Below, in pieces: positions 1 through 12,260 of a DNA stretch of 64,000 nt (position 1 is the stretch's first letter; every line of letters begins with the position of its first letter). The position numbers and the translations under genes were made by a program. The notes under the pieces were generated by a model. That model was not told the origin of the DNA. It did not search any database and saw only the letters and a program-made list of their open reading frames with translations. Origin of the DNA: Paraspadella gotoi (lineage: Eukaryota > Animalia > Chaetognatha); NCBI GenBank assembly GCA_051294375.1, contig CM119264.1, positions 12,030,263-12,094,262 on the forward strand. Reading direction: 5' to 3'.

Positions 1-412
1 ACGAGAGAAGCCACAAAACGCCAAATTAATCGCGACTCGCTGGTTGCCCGCCCTGTGACTGCAGCTATCTTTTTTTCGTTATGCCAGGTTTCGTGCTCGG
101 CCACCTAGATTAAATCATTTGGGCTTTTTGTTTTCGTCGCTCGATATAAATAATTTTAACTGGAAACTCTATAAATGTCTATTTACGTGTTGTTATATCT
201 TAAATCCATTTTCCAAATTTTGGTGTAAGACTAACGTGGAGAAGTAATCGATAGGGAGCTGGCAGAACAGCGTTTAAAATTAAAAAAACAGAATCCGTCC
301 AGTCTAAACTAAGATGTGATTTCTTTATTTTATCTCGCATCATGACTTTGATTTAAAATATCGGCGTCTTCCATCATCCCGAGTCCTCGGAATCGCATTT
401 GTTTAGTCAATG

Positions 413-598
413 CTTGATTGAACTATGCTTCAGCGAATGTCTATGTCAGTATCTTGTAAGAATGGGAGGCCTTAGGATAAGAATTGCCCCTTAAAAACCA
501 ACAAGCCCCCCCTGGTTCTCCCCAAAGGTCTCTGGTGAACAAGATAGCTTAATTATAATGTAATGGAAAATTTTTATAGATTGGTTGTTCCATCATTT
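413..598 (+). mobile_element. Degenerate copy of dispersed repeat family R1
   Basis: Collinear blocks cttgattgaa, tcttgtaag, ggaggcctta, caagatagctta and ttggttgt match the copies at 24.9 kb and 53 kb. Confidence 0.55.
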
Positions 599-793
599 CT
601 ATAACTGTTTATTTTGTCTACAATTTTCAGTGCTCAAACTTTTTTTATATTTTATGGCATGTAATCGAAGTTCGCAAAAAGAAATATAACTTTCTCCCTA
701 TAATCAGTAACACAACGACTATTGTATTTCTGTTGCGTCTATGATGCCAAGTATTAATCACACGAATCAACACAACAAATAAACTTGGCCCCA

Positions 794-911
794 ATGAAGC
801 TCCGAAGCCGTTTCGTCATTCGTCTCGGTCTCATCTTTACGATTTTGTCGCTCATCTGCAGCATCGTCTCCCTCAGTACGGATCACTGGGTGGACGTTCA
901 CAGGACCACCG
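794..911 (+). CDS. Exon 1 of a PMP22/EMP/claudin-superfamily tetraspan protein (TM1 and start of extracellular loop 1)
   Basis: ATG at 794 opens MKLRSRFVIRLGLIFTILSLICSIVSLSTDHWVDVHRTT: a hydrophobic helix followed by the S-T-D-x-W motif typical of claudin-like proteins (TMEM114/TMEM178/CACNG type). Donor G|gtgaga at 912, phase 1. Confidence 0.9.
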
Positions 912-1039
912 GTGAGACAGACGTTGCTGACTGTTTTAAACCCAACTGAATAAGGAGAGAATCATCTCTCTCTCTCTCTCTCTCTCTCTNNNNNNNNNNN
1001 NNNNNNNNNNNNNNNNNNNNNNNNNNNNNNNNCCCTCAG

Positions 1040-1127
1040 CCGCTCCGCCAATCAACGAGACCATTCGTCACGAGCATCACCCTCACCACTACGGCCTCTT
1101 GCGAGAATGCGTGGACGATAATTCCTC
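1040..1127 (+). CDS. Exon 2 of claudin-superfamily gene (GLW-like motif)
   Basis: Acceptor ccctcag| and donor TC|gtgagt; phase 1 in, phase 2 out, compatible with both neighbours. Encodes AAPPINETIRHEHHPHHYGLLRECVDDNSS, where GLLREC corresponds to the claudin G-L-W-x-x-C motif. Confidence 0.9.
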
Positions 1128-1188
1128 GTGAGTTTCTCCAAAATATCAACAAAAACCAAACGAACGCAAACGATGTTGTTATTTCTAG

Positions 1189-1315
1189 GTTCCCGGGCGC
1201 GCACCCTCTCGATCTGGTCAACCAGCACGAGTGGTTCGACTCCGTCCTCGGCACCCGTTGCTTCTACATCGACTTTCAAATTCCGTCCGATGACGACGTC
1301 GAATTTGGGAAAGAG
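1189..1315 (+). CDS. Exon 3 of claudin-superfamily gene (second loop cysteine)
   Basis: Acceptor atttctag| and donor GAG|gtgcgt; phase 2 in, phase 0 out. Encodes FPGAHPLDLVNQHEWFDSVLGTRCFYIDFQIPSDDDVEFGKE with no stop. Confidence 0.88.
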
Positions 1316-1531
1316 GTGCGTCGTCTCGCAGCAAAAGCGGCCCAGTCTCCCTTTAAGCGTTCGTCGTCGTCGTCGTCGTTGTCGTTATTGTTGTGAGGGG
1401 AATTTTTCACTGGACTGCCTGATGAAAATTTTCTTTTCAAGTTACTTTAAGTTAGTACAACTTAGACTCGAGTTTCCTTTCGAAACTCGGATTGACTTTT
1501 TGAGCAGATTTGTTTATTTCCGTCGTCTCAG

Positions 1532-1641
1532 GAATGGCGCCGATTCCATTTGATGCGCGCGACTTTCGGGTTGATGGCGATTTCCATCTTTTTCCTTTTC
1601 CTTTCCGTTATACTTGGTTTTTATGTGGTCGATGATTTCAG
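1532..1641 (+). CDS. Exon 4 of claudin-superfamily gene (TM2)
   Basis: Acceptor gtcgtctcag| and donor AG|gtgaaa; phase 0 in. Encodes EWRRFHLMRATFGLMAISIFFLFLSVILGFYVVDDF, a basic lead-in plus hydrophobic TM2 at the position expected for this family. Confidence 0.88.
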
Positions 1642-2938
1642 GTGAAATATATATTTTTTTAAATATGAGAGAGAGCAGAGAGGCTGACAGTTTTCCCGCC
1701 AACGAAACGCATTATTTAGCGTCTCTCTCGTTTATATAAAGAATAATCAGGAATTTTTAGGGACAATAATCCACGAAAAATCTCGGATGTAAATTTGGGA
1801 TTTTGTCATTGAGAAAAAAGCGCGGAATTAAATGGCGCTGATCAATAAAGGTTTTTAGAAGGAAAAGAAGAGAAGAGAGAGAGACAGCGAGAGAGAGAGA
1901 GAGAGAGAAGAGAGAAGACTGGAACAGCCGCTGGAACCGCCGCTGCGACGCCGCTGCAGAGCCTTGAACTCATTTCCGACGAATATGAGTAAGGACGAAC
2001 TCTTTTGCCTTTCTGCTAAAAAATATTACAAATAAATATTTGGGTATAGAGCCACGTATAAGAAAAAATTTTTGTACATTTGAAAGTAAACTTAAAAAAT
2101 GCAAAATTTTCGTTTGAGCATGTGTTCCCATTACTAAATTTTTTGATTCACCCCAGTTGAGAGGGGCGTACCCCTATTCAGAAGAAAAAAAACTAAACTC
2201 TTGTTTCAATAATTAGATGATCCAAAAATTATAATCCCTATTAACCAAAACTATATAGTTGAAAAAATACTCAGTTAACGCACTATGATATTTTTTTGAC
2301 TTCCAAAGTATTTTTTTTTACTTATCAAAAATAAATTTTTATTTCCTCATTTTAAAAAATTTTAATCTTGAATGAAATTTTTGCATTGTTCTTTTTTTAG
2401 GCAAGAACCAGACGAGGTTCAAATTCATTATATTTGCATATTTAATTAATTTATAAATAGATTATCACAACTCAAATAATTATTATTAAAAAAAGATTAA
2501 AAATGATTAAATATATACACTAAAAATATTATACATAAATTCAATAATAGTATAAGATTATCAGAATAACAAAAAAAAGTAACTGTTTAATTTGACTCAT
2601 ATCCTCTCTATATCAACTCCTATTACTTTAGAATATAACTTTGCCAATAGTGGGCAAAACCGGGTTCAAAGTTACAATAATAAATAAATACAAATTTATT
2701 TTTTAATGTAATGCATATTGTTCAGCGGAAAGTCTGCATATATAATAGTCACATATAGCATGATTTAATATGCTGACAATTGACATAGTCAATTAAGTTA
2801 TTCTTCAACTTTTATTAAAAAATGTATCCACCGAAAACATTCTGGATGTATAAATTTGGGATTTTTGTATTGAAGAAAAAAGCCCCGAGATAAAAGTTTT
2901 TAGATAAGGAAAACATGTTTCGGCTCTTTTGCATTTAG

Positions 2939-2985
2939 AGCCTTCATCATGTGGTTTGAACATCAATTATTTTGTTCTGCTTGAA
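2939..2985 (+). CDS. Possible exon 5 (start of TM3), frameshifted in low-quality sequence
   Basis: Acceptor ttttgcatttag| in the required phase 2 gives RAFIMW. One frameshift then gives SIILFCL, ending at a gtaagt donor. It lies in a noisy segment, so the call is tentative. Confidence 0.35.
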
Positions 2986-5900
2986 GTAAGTTTTGCTTGT
3001 TGCTCTCTCTCTTTCTCTCTCCCCCTCTCATTTCAATGTTTTCAAAGACTTACTTCTTCCCTCTCCTGCACCTTTCAGCTGTCCTCACATCTGACCCACT
3101 GGTCCTCTTACCTTATTCCTTTGTTGGACAATTGCTCCCGTCAATTTTTTCTCTCTTCTCTCTCTCCCTCTTTCTCTCTCTTCAAAACTTACTCTCAAAC
3201 AGAGACAAAATACTTTGATTGTCAAACACTGATTGAAGGCTCTAAATGAAAGCAGCGAACATGCTCTGACATAATATGATGTCATATCGTTGTCAAACAA
3301 AACTGTTTTTCCTCAAATACTCAAAATACAACGAAAAGAGAGGTAACTTATACAATAGAAAAGGAAAACACATAATCATAATTTTTCAAAAAAAGAACGA
3401 TCACGCAAGAGATCGAAAGAGAGAAAGATGAAGGAAAGAGAGACGAGAGAAAGGAGAGACAAAGCTGGGACAGCCCTGCTTGAAGGCCGCTGTACAGTCA
3501 GTGCAGTAAAAACTGACTCTTATATTCTGGAATAAAGAATAAAAGAACATAAAAATAAATAAAAGAAAGGCAAAAAATGTCTACAATGGTTTACAATGAA
3601 ATCTTTTCCAATTTTTGTCCAACTCGCCAGCTTCGTAAAAGACTTCTTATTCTTTATTTGTACTTAAAATTAATATAGCCTTCTTATTAAAAATGTTATT
3701 TAGTTCCCATTTTATTAACGAGATTTTAAAAAACAATTTTGAATTTCATCTTTCAATACTATATACTGCAATTATGATAAATTATGATTAAAGCATCTAT
3801 ATATACTAATTTGAGATATGATAATGAGTACTATAAATCTCATATTTGCATTATTGCAAGTAAATCATTAATGGAAGTGGAATATTCAAACAAAAATACT
3901 TAATTCAAATGTAATAGCAAAAATATCAAAGCATATTTCAAAATGTAGAAGCCATATTTCTAATTTTTAACTTACTAGCATTGCACACTTTTGTTTAAAA
4001 CTTTATCTATATTCATAATAATTTTTATTTTAAAAAAAAAACGGTAAGTCACAGGCCAAACCTATAAAAGCGTAGTAGGTTTTATATACAAAACAGCGTT
4101 GACGCGGACGACAGAACGCCACGACGACGCACGACGACAGACAGACGACTAGGCTCAACCAAAGAAGGCAACCCGTAAAACATTATAGAGCCTGTCACCC
4201 GGCTTCGCCGTGTCAAGGCTCGAATAAAAATTATCAACCGAAATAGAATATTATCCTCACAGCATTTTAGACGTAGTACAAAACTAACTTTAAAACGCCA
4301 CTAATTGCTGAAAATAATATATTTAATTTAGTAAATCGCTCAGTACCACTAATGTCACCATAGGAAAAGAAAAACTTAGCTTGCTTATCATCAATTCGAT
4401 AAAAAAAAAAGCATGTATTAATTGTTAAAATAAAAGGATCATATATATATTATACATTTAAAGNNNNNNNNNNNNNNNNNNNNNNNNNTATTGAATGACG
4501 CTGAAAGTTCTTTTTGAAAGAATAAAAAAAAATTTATTATTTTATACATATATATAAAATAATAGAAATGTTCAAAGTTTGATCAAAACATTACTCAACA
4601 AAACATTTCTGAATTCGGACAGGAACTGCAGGAGAGATTATCAAGGGAATAAAGTCGCTCAAAAGTTTACAAGTTCAACGGTTCGTAATTTTTTACTAAT
4701 CTCAAATAGTGTACGTGCATAAATTACTATATAATAGTATATATGTTTAAAACGTAGGCAGGTTAAGTAAAATAAAAGCCCTGGAAATACCGTAACCTGA
4801 GCAAAAAAAAAAACCGGAAGGCAAAGAGAATGTTTCTGTTTTCTCCCCCCCTCCTTTTACCCACCCTTCCTCCCTAGTTGCTAATTTCGCATTCCTACTC
4901 TGCTGTTGCTCATTTGAGCTCATCGTGTTCCTTTTTTTCCAGCTTTTTCTTTTCCTTTTTTTTTCCGCGCGATAATTATCCGGGTCACAGTCCGCTCGTG
5001 ATGTCGAGGTGAAGCTTTTTGCTCCGCGGGAGAATTCGGAAAAGGACAAGATTTGAGCCGCAGTCCTTGCGTGCGATCTCTCTCTCTCTCTCTCTCTCTC
5101 TCTNNNNNNNNNNNNNNNNNNNNNNNNNNNNNNNNNNNNNNNNNNNNNNNNNNNNNNNNNNNNNNNNNNNNNNNNNNNNNNNNNNNNNNNNNNNNNNNNN
5201 NNNNNNNNNNNNNNNNNNNNNNNNNNNNNNNNNNNNNNNNNNNNNNNNNNNNNNNNNNNNNNNCTCTCTCTCTCTCTCTTTTTAGCGGTAATATTTAAAC
5301 GAATGATAACCAAAAAATTGTCACCAAACAAGCATGTTGCTCAAAAGCTGCCTTCTACTATTCTAATCCGTCTGTAGAAACAAAATGAAAAAGTTGATCA
5401 GTGATTGCCTGATTGGGTTTGTAACTTTAACTTTGGTGGAATACGTACGTGCAATATGAGGAGAGTGCTTACGTAAAATTGTAGAAAATTACAAACCCTT
5501 TGTTGGCTAAAAAACCCAAATCTCTTTTCACACTTAAACGCTGAAGTTTAGTACATAGGTATTCCTCCTTCCCGAACACAGTTGCTGGATTCCAGATGCT
5601 TCAAAAGTCAAGTCAGCCAATTATCTCTCCATTCTTTAGGTTTTCGGATGGAAACGAAAAAAGAAAAAAAAAAGAAGGGCNNNNNNNNNNNNNNNNNNNN
5701 NNNNNNNNNNNNNNNNNNNNNNNNNNNNNNNNNNNNNNNNNNNNNNNNNNNNNNNNNNNNNNNNNNNNNNNNNNNNNNNNNNNNNNNNNNNNNNNNNNNN
5801 NNNNNNNNNNNNNNNNNNNNNNNNNNNNNNNNNNNNNNNNNNNNNNNNNNNNNNNNNNNNNNNNNNNNNNNNNNNNAAAAGACCGCGAGAACCAAAGGTG

Positions 5901-6760
5901 CCTCCTGGAGAAACGTTAATCCCTCGTTTGCGATACATTCGTAGTCATGGAAACCAAGGCGGGACCCAAAACTCCTGAGCGATAACGCGACAACCNNNNN
6001 NNNNNNNNNNNNNNNNNNNNNNNNNNNNNNNNNNNNNNNNNNNNNNNNNNNNNNNNNNNNNNNNNNNNNNNNNNNNNNNNNNNNNNNNNNNNNNNNNNNN
6101 NNNNNNNNNNNNNNNNNNNNNNNNNNNNNNNNNNNNNNNNNNNNNNNNNNNNNNNNNNNNNNNNNNNNNNNNNNNNNNNNNNNNNNNNNNNNNNNNNNNN
6201 NNNNNNNNNCTCTCTCTCTCTCTCGCTCTCAGTCATTCCCTTTTCTCCAGTTAAAAAAACTCTAAAAATTTAATGGAAGTGGAAGAGCAAAGAAGGAAAG
6301 CAAGCGGGAGACGGCGACTGAGTGGAGTCGTGAAAGAAAAAAAAGTGTGAATGGCTTTCACGCGAATCACGCTCAGTGTCACAGTGGGAGACTTTGTCAG
6401 CAAACTGTGACAGTTGAAGAAAGTGCAACAGAACTAAACTGGGCGATTATTAAATTGTGAAAATTTCGTGAGAAAAACTGAGTTTCGCTGTGAGAGGTGG
6501 TGAAACACTCTGTTAAGGACGAAGGCGGCGAATCCACTTTCAATTCATTGGATGAAGGAAATAAAAAAAAATCCACCGAAACAAAAGTCATCGTCGCCAT
6601 TTTCTTTTTTTTTTCTTTTTTTTTTTAGTCGCGAGATTTTAGTCTGTAATTCTGCTCAAAAACCATTCCATCTTTTTTTTTTTTCTTTTTTTTTGAGATC
6701 GTTTCCCTTTTTTCGTTTGTGGAAGATCTGAAGAAAGGATTGTCGGATGGAAAGAGATCT

Positions 6761-6864
<104 letters not shown>

Positions 6865-7347
6865 TAACCCAGCGGTCGCGAGAGACGCTTTTTAAAGCTT
6901 AGCTCGGCTCGTGTAATTGTATCCGCAACATCCATATGGACGGAATGGGATTGCGACTACGCCTGGGTGATGATAATCTGGTGAAACTAGAATTGGCAGT
7001 GAGGTCGGAGAGGGGGGGTCAAGTACCTAGAAAAGGCGCACTTGAATAAGAGGAGAAAGAATAAAAGACGTCCGTTCGCGATATACTTCATAACAGTTAA
7101 AGCACATATATTCAATTTGAAGATTGCCATACATGTCACGGGCAAAACCGAAATCTTACCTCAAAATTGAGGCAGTGATCGATCACTGATCCTCGTTTCA
7201 CGCGATGTCACTCGCGTCACCTTCCGCGAACTCTGGACTCCATCTCACGTCTGCTCCTTCATTCACATCCGTCGTCGTCGCCATTAAAAATTTCGTGATT
7301 CTGGGCGAAGGGTTAATCTTTAATCTGGGTCGACGTTTCGAAGGATA

Positions 7348-7640
7348 TTCTGTGTGGAGAAAGAGCCTGTGTGGCGAAAGAGTCTGTATGGCCGAAGATT
7401 CTGTGTGGCAAAAGAGTCTGTGTGGCGAAAGCTTCTGTGTGGCGAAAGAGTCTGTGTGACGAAAGAGTCTGTGTGGCGAAAGAGTCTGTATGGCCAAAGA
7501 TTCTGTGTGGCAAAAGAGTCTGGGTGGCGAAAGCTTCTGTGTGGCGAAAGAGTCTGTGTGGCGAAAGCTTCTGTGTGGCGAAAGAGTCTGTGTCAAAGCT
7601 TTTGTGTGGCTAAGATTCTGAAAGGCGAAAGAGTCTGTGC
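7348..7640. repeat. 17 bp minisatellite (tctgtgtggcgaaagag), about 17 units
   Basis: Directly visible tandem units with recurring variants (...aaagct, tctgtatggcc(g/a)aagat). Confidence 0.95.
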
Positions 7641-7854
7641 GTCGACAAGTGAAAGATTTTGTTTGGCGATTCTATTTAGAAATAGAAGTACATATCTTAT
7701 GTCCTAACAGTGAAAGCTACACTGTTACATTAAAACAACATATAAAATGTTGTAAAATTTTACATTTAATTTTTCGCCGGCCGGGGTTTTGGCGTGTTTT
7801 TAAAAACCACTTAAAGATACTTTTTTTTTTTTAATTTACAAAATTATTACGTAA

Positions 7855-7900
7855 TTACCCTAACCCTAATCAACCCAAACCCTAAACCCCCCCTAACCCC
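7855..7900. repeat. Short degenerate telomere-like (TAACCC)n patch
   Basis: taccctaaccctaatcaacccaaaccctaaacccccctaacccc. Confidence 0.6.
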
Positions 7901-8079
7901 GGTCATGCCTAAAAGGTTTAGCTTTGTTCTTCTTACACATGAACATATTTACCTGGTTTACTTATTGAACTAACGAATTACCGATTCTCCGAAGGAGCGG
8001 AGAAGTGGACCGACCGACGAGTTATTGGGGGCGGAGGGGCATCGGGTCGCAACGGTTTATCACTGTGTGTGTTAGAGAA

Positions 8080-8138
<59 letters not shown>

Positions 8139-10832
8139 CATTCAAGGATAACTGCACCTGAAAGTATTTAATTTTCGACTCACAGAGTCGCGCCGACCTT
8201 CGTTAAGGAACGTAGTGAATCTCTGTCTTCCTAAATGTTTTATTCAATCAAGTTTTTACGTTCCGAAATTTATGAATAAAATGAACATGATGAGAAAATA
8301 AAAACAACGAAAAAAGAGGGAGAGAGAATTGAAAAGTGAAAGAGAATGACAGGAAAGAAAATGAAAACAAAAAGGAAAAGAGAAAGAAAAATTACAAAAA
8401 AATTCCATTCGAGTCCCACTTTTAATTTTTTCTTTCGCTCTTTTAACGACGTAGACTTTCTCTAGGAACGAATTTCTTTTTCCTCTCTCTCTTCCGAATT
8501 CCCAAGAATTCGAATCGAGAAAATTTATTTTCTTCTTTTCTTTTTCTTTTTTTTTTTTTCCTCTCGTTGAATATCTTTTCGCTCATCTCCTCATTTTCTT
8601 TCCTCTTTTTTTTCATTCTTTCCCTTCTTTCCGCCCATCTAAATCCGACGCCCGCCATCTTTTAAATTCCGCCGCCAGGATTTTTTCCACTTATTATTCT
8701 CGCGCCTTTTTTTTTTTTTGAGAAATTTTATAAGTTTCGTCCTTCGCTTGAGCTTTTCTCCTTTTGTCGAGGGTCTCATCTTAAGAATTTTTCATCTTCG
8801 CATCTTCTCAGAGCGCTACCTAGTATTAACAAGAACAGATTAACTCCTCGACTCGACTCGACTTTCCTACCACCCTTGACCGAAAAACCTTTACCCGGAG
8901 CCAAAACTCTTTTTTCTCTCTCTCTCTCTCTTCTCTTTCTATCTCTCTCTTCCCTCTCATTCCCCTTACACCTCTCTTCACAGTTCACACCTCTCTTCAT
9001 TCACTCGATCCCACACTCTCTCTCCCTCTCCAACCGCCTAACTTTCCCCCGCGGGTAAGTCAACCTCCGAAGCGGTCCCCAATCTTTTGGCCTCCAGCCT
9101 TTCAAATTTTCTAATTTCGATTTCATGAAATTTTCCTCCCTCTGGCCTCCCTGGGAAAAAAAAACCTAAAAAGGAAGGAAAAGGGAACACGGTTTTTCAT
9201 TTCCTTTTTCTTTTTCCCCTTTTCCCTTTCTCTCACATCACGATCTCTCTCTCTCTCTCTCTCCTCTTCTCTCCCTCTCTCTCTCTCCGTCTCTCTCTCT
9301 CTCTCTTACTCTCTCTCTCTCTCACTCTCCTGTGACTTATATTGATTATCTCCTCGTCTTAGTTTTTGTGTTCTCTCTTTGTTTGTTCTATCCTTTAAAC
9401 CTGTTCCTCTAAACTTTATTTATCCTTCTGTACTTCTATTCTCTCTCTCTCTTCTCTCTTCTCTCCTCTCTCTACTCTCTCCTCTCTCTCTCTCTCTCTC
9501 CACTCTCCCTCTCCATGAATTTCAACTTCAAGATCCGAAGATTTATGCAAACGTGATTCGGGTTTCCGAGTTGTGATGAGAGTGTTGTGTAGGGGATTGG
9601 TGTTCGCTCACCATTCACCAGTTCACATTGCAAAGACTTTATGACGTGACTACTTTCTAGATTGTGAACCTCCGTTAACCGAAACCCGCCGTGCCAAGTG
9701 GGTCCGCGACGGTGAGAAGTGGGCGTGGCGAGATGGTGGCGCGAGTAAGAGGCGTTGTTGATTTCCCACATCCTTCGTTTTCTCGGGGTTCGGAATCCAA
9801 GATGGCGGAAAATATATGCGACGATATTTTTTCGCTTCGTCGCCTCATTTAAAAAACATTTAAATCTTAAAAGAATCTCGAAACATTTTTTTTTTTTTTA
9901 ATAAGGAAGGCTAAAGAGACCTGCCGTTTGTCAATCCTTAAAAGCCATTAGCGTCTTTCGAAGGCCATTAATGCAACGCGCGAAATTCCTGCCGTTCGTT
10001 TGCAGTCATCGGTAACGACTGCAATCTGTAAATATTGAGATCCAGGAGCTTTTACATTTCATAAAAAAATTAAAAATTTCAAATATTTCAGGAATTCGCT
10101 TTAAATATTATAAAAATGTTGCTTTTTAGAAAAAAAAATCTTGGTTGATATTGGGCGTTGTTAATACGTTCCGAACTTCTTTAAATTTCTATTAATCTTT
10201 ATCATCTATCCATCTTTAACAACTATCCCATCCATCCAATCTCCGTCAAATCTAAGCCTTTTCCATCAATTCTATCCTTCAATCTTTCTTTTTTTGTCCA
10301 ATCTATTCCGACCAATCTGTGACCGGCCTGTCTATCCGAACCCCTGTCCGAGTGTCCGTCCCTCTTCCCGCCTTCTTATGCGGAAGGAAGCCACGCCCCT
10401 CATCCCGAATTTGTCGATCCTTCGAAGGGAGGAGCAAAGATTGGCTCGACCCGCGTTCTCTTCTTCTTCGTCGTCTTCGTGGACGCAGTAGAAACATTCC
10501 TAATACCTAATATTTTATATTTAATGTAATCTTTCAATGTTTATTACTGACCAGATGCCAGCAGAATAATTTTGACAATAGATAGGTTAATTTTTTAAAA
10601 TAAAATAAAATCCTCTTCTTTAAAAAATCTGATCTTTTTGGCAGTAATATTTGTATACTCCTTAAACGATCGTAATTAATAGTATTTCTACTTCTAGGTT
10701 TTTCCTTCTTTAAACTTTGTTGAATTCGTTGTTTACATCAACATGTTAAATTAATTTTGTGCTCATCATTCAGGAGAAATACACCGCGACCAAAGTAACT
10801 CGTGATTAATGATCCCTTCACCTTTCGGATCT

Positions 10833-10874
<42 letters not shown>

Positions 10875-12100
10875 ACGGGACGTTTGGATGCTGCCCCCGC
10901 TTTCCCCGACGCAGTTAAAACCGCCGGCGCCATCAAAGACGCTTCTCTCATCCTGTGAGTGGCATCGAAAATGCCATCCAAGAAGATCCTGTACCGCTCT
11001 AAAAGTTATTCGATATTCAAGATGGCCAAAGTGAGCCGTCTAGCTAAACAACGCATACCTTAAAGCGTCTAATAATTATTATGAACAACCAAAAATCGTC
11101 ATTTTTTGACATCTATAGGTACAAAAAAATATCCGGAAAACTAGCGATTTTAGTATAACTTTCACTTTCTTTTGTCTTAGACCCAATGAAGCTTTTCCAG
11201 CATCCACAACACCGTTGGAGATGCCACCGCCGTTGCTCTGGACGCCGATATGTACCGGCGCCGCCATCGAACGACGCCGGCGACGCCGACTCCCTGTCAA
11301 GTTCAGAGATCGTCTCGAGGTCGCGGGTTCATCTCGTCGAATCTTCGGTGGTCGACCGAATAACGAGGCCCCAGGTACCGTTAGCGGTTCGGCGCTGCAG
11401 GGGTGAGAGGCGCTGGTGCGGCAGAGCGGCGGTCCGAGAGCGGCGGCGTAATCATCGACCTCAAAGTAGCAGTTTGGCGCGCGGCTGAAGTTTGGATAAG
11501 AATCGAGTTTTGGCCCGAAAAAAGCCTCAAGCTCATTGGTCAATTTATTTATAGTATATATCGTTCCAAGTTGTCTAATCGAAATAGTTAAGGAATCAAT
11601 TAAAAATTATTGATTTAATGTTGCTTAATGAATTTTTTTTTTAAATAAATTAAATGTACCACGAATATAACGAGTAAAAGTTCCTTTCCCTATTTTTTTT
11701 AAATAGCCAGAATTAGGTTTTCGGTTCCATGAACAAATTTGGACATTTCTATCCGAATTTGAATGCCAAGCTAAAAATGTTATCAAGTGTTTTCTTATTT
11801 TTTTTAATTTTCCGAGTTAAAACAACGTCATACTAAATAAATATAGATGCTCTCCTGCCTGACCTCATTTGAACTTTTCCGTCTTCTCCCTAAAAAGTAA
11901 AAGAAACAAGAACGGTATTTCCAAAGTGTTGCGCCGCATGACTTTATTTTCACGTGTATTTCTCTTTGATCACATGATATGACAATATATGACATGACTA
12001 AAAAACTTTATTTGCCGATATATTTATGACATGCACTACATCAAAACTTTTGTCTTTTATCTCTTTTGTATTAGTCCTTTCAGTTTCGTTGAGTTGAGAT

Positions 12101-12260
12101 TTAAGCAAAGTTCGAAATTAGTTTCTTCAACGATTTTTATTTTGTACGGACATGTTTCGACTCTCTTTTCGAGTCTAAAAATGAAGTCTCGAAAAGAGAG
12201 TCGAAACATGTCCGTACAAAATAAAAATCGTTGAAGAAACTAATTTCGAACTTTGCTTAA
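12101..12260. mobile_element. Perfect hairpin / MITE-like element with 73 bp arms and a 14 bp spacer, TTAA at both ends
   Basis: 12101-12173 is the exact reverse complement of 12188-12260. The hairpin also appears in the mirror arm at about 16601-16761. Confidence 0.75.

Noticed and set aside
5378-5444. Alternative exon 5 for the claudin-like gene (RNKMKKLISDCLIGFVTLTLVEY)
   Set aside because: Phase-compatible, but less TM3-like than the 2939 candidate and with no following TM4 exon found; it cannot be supported without transcripts.
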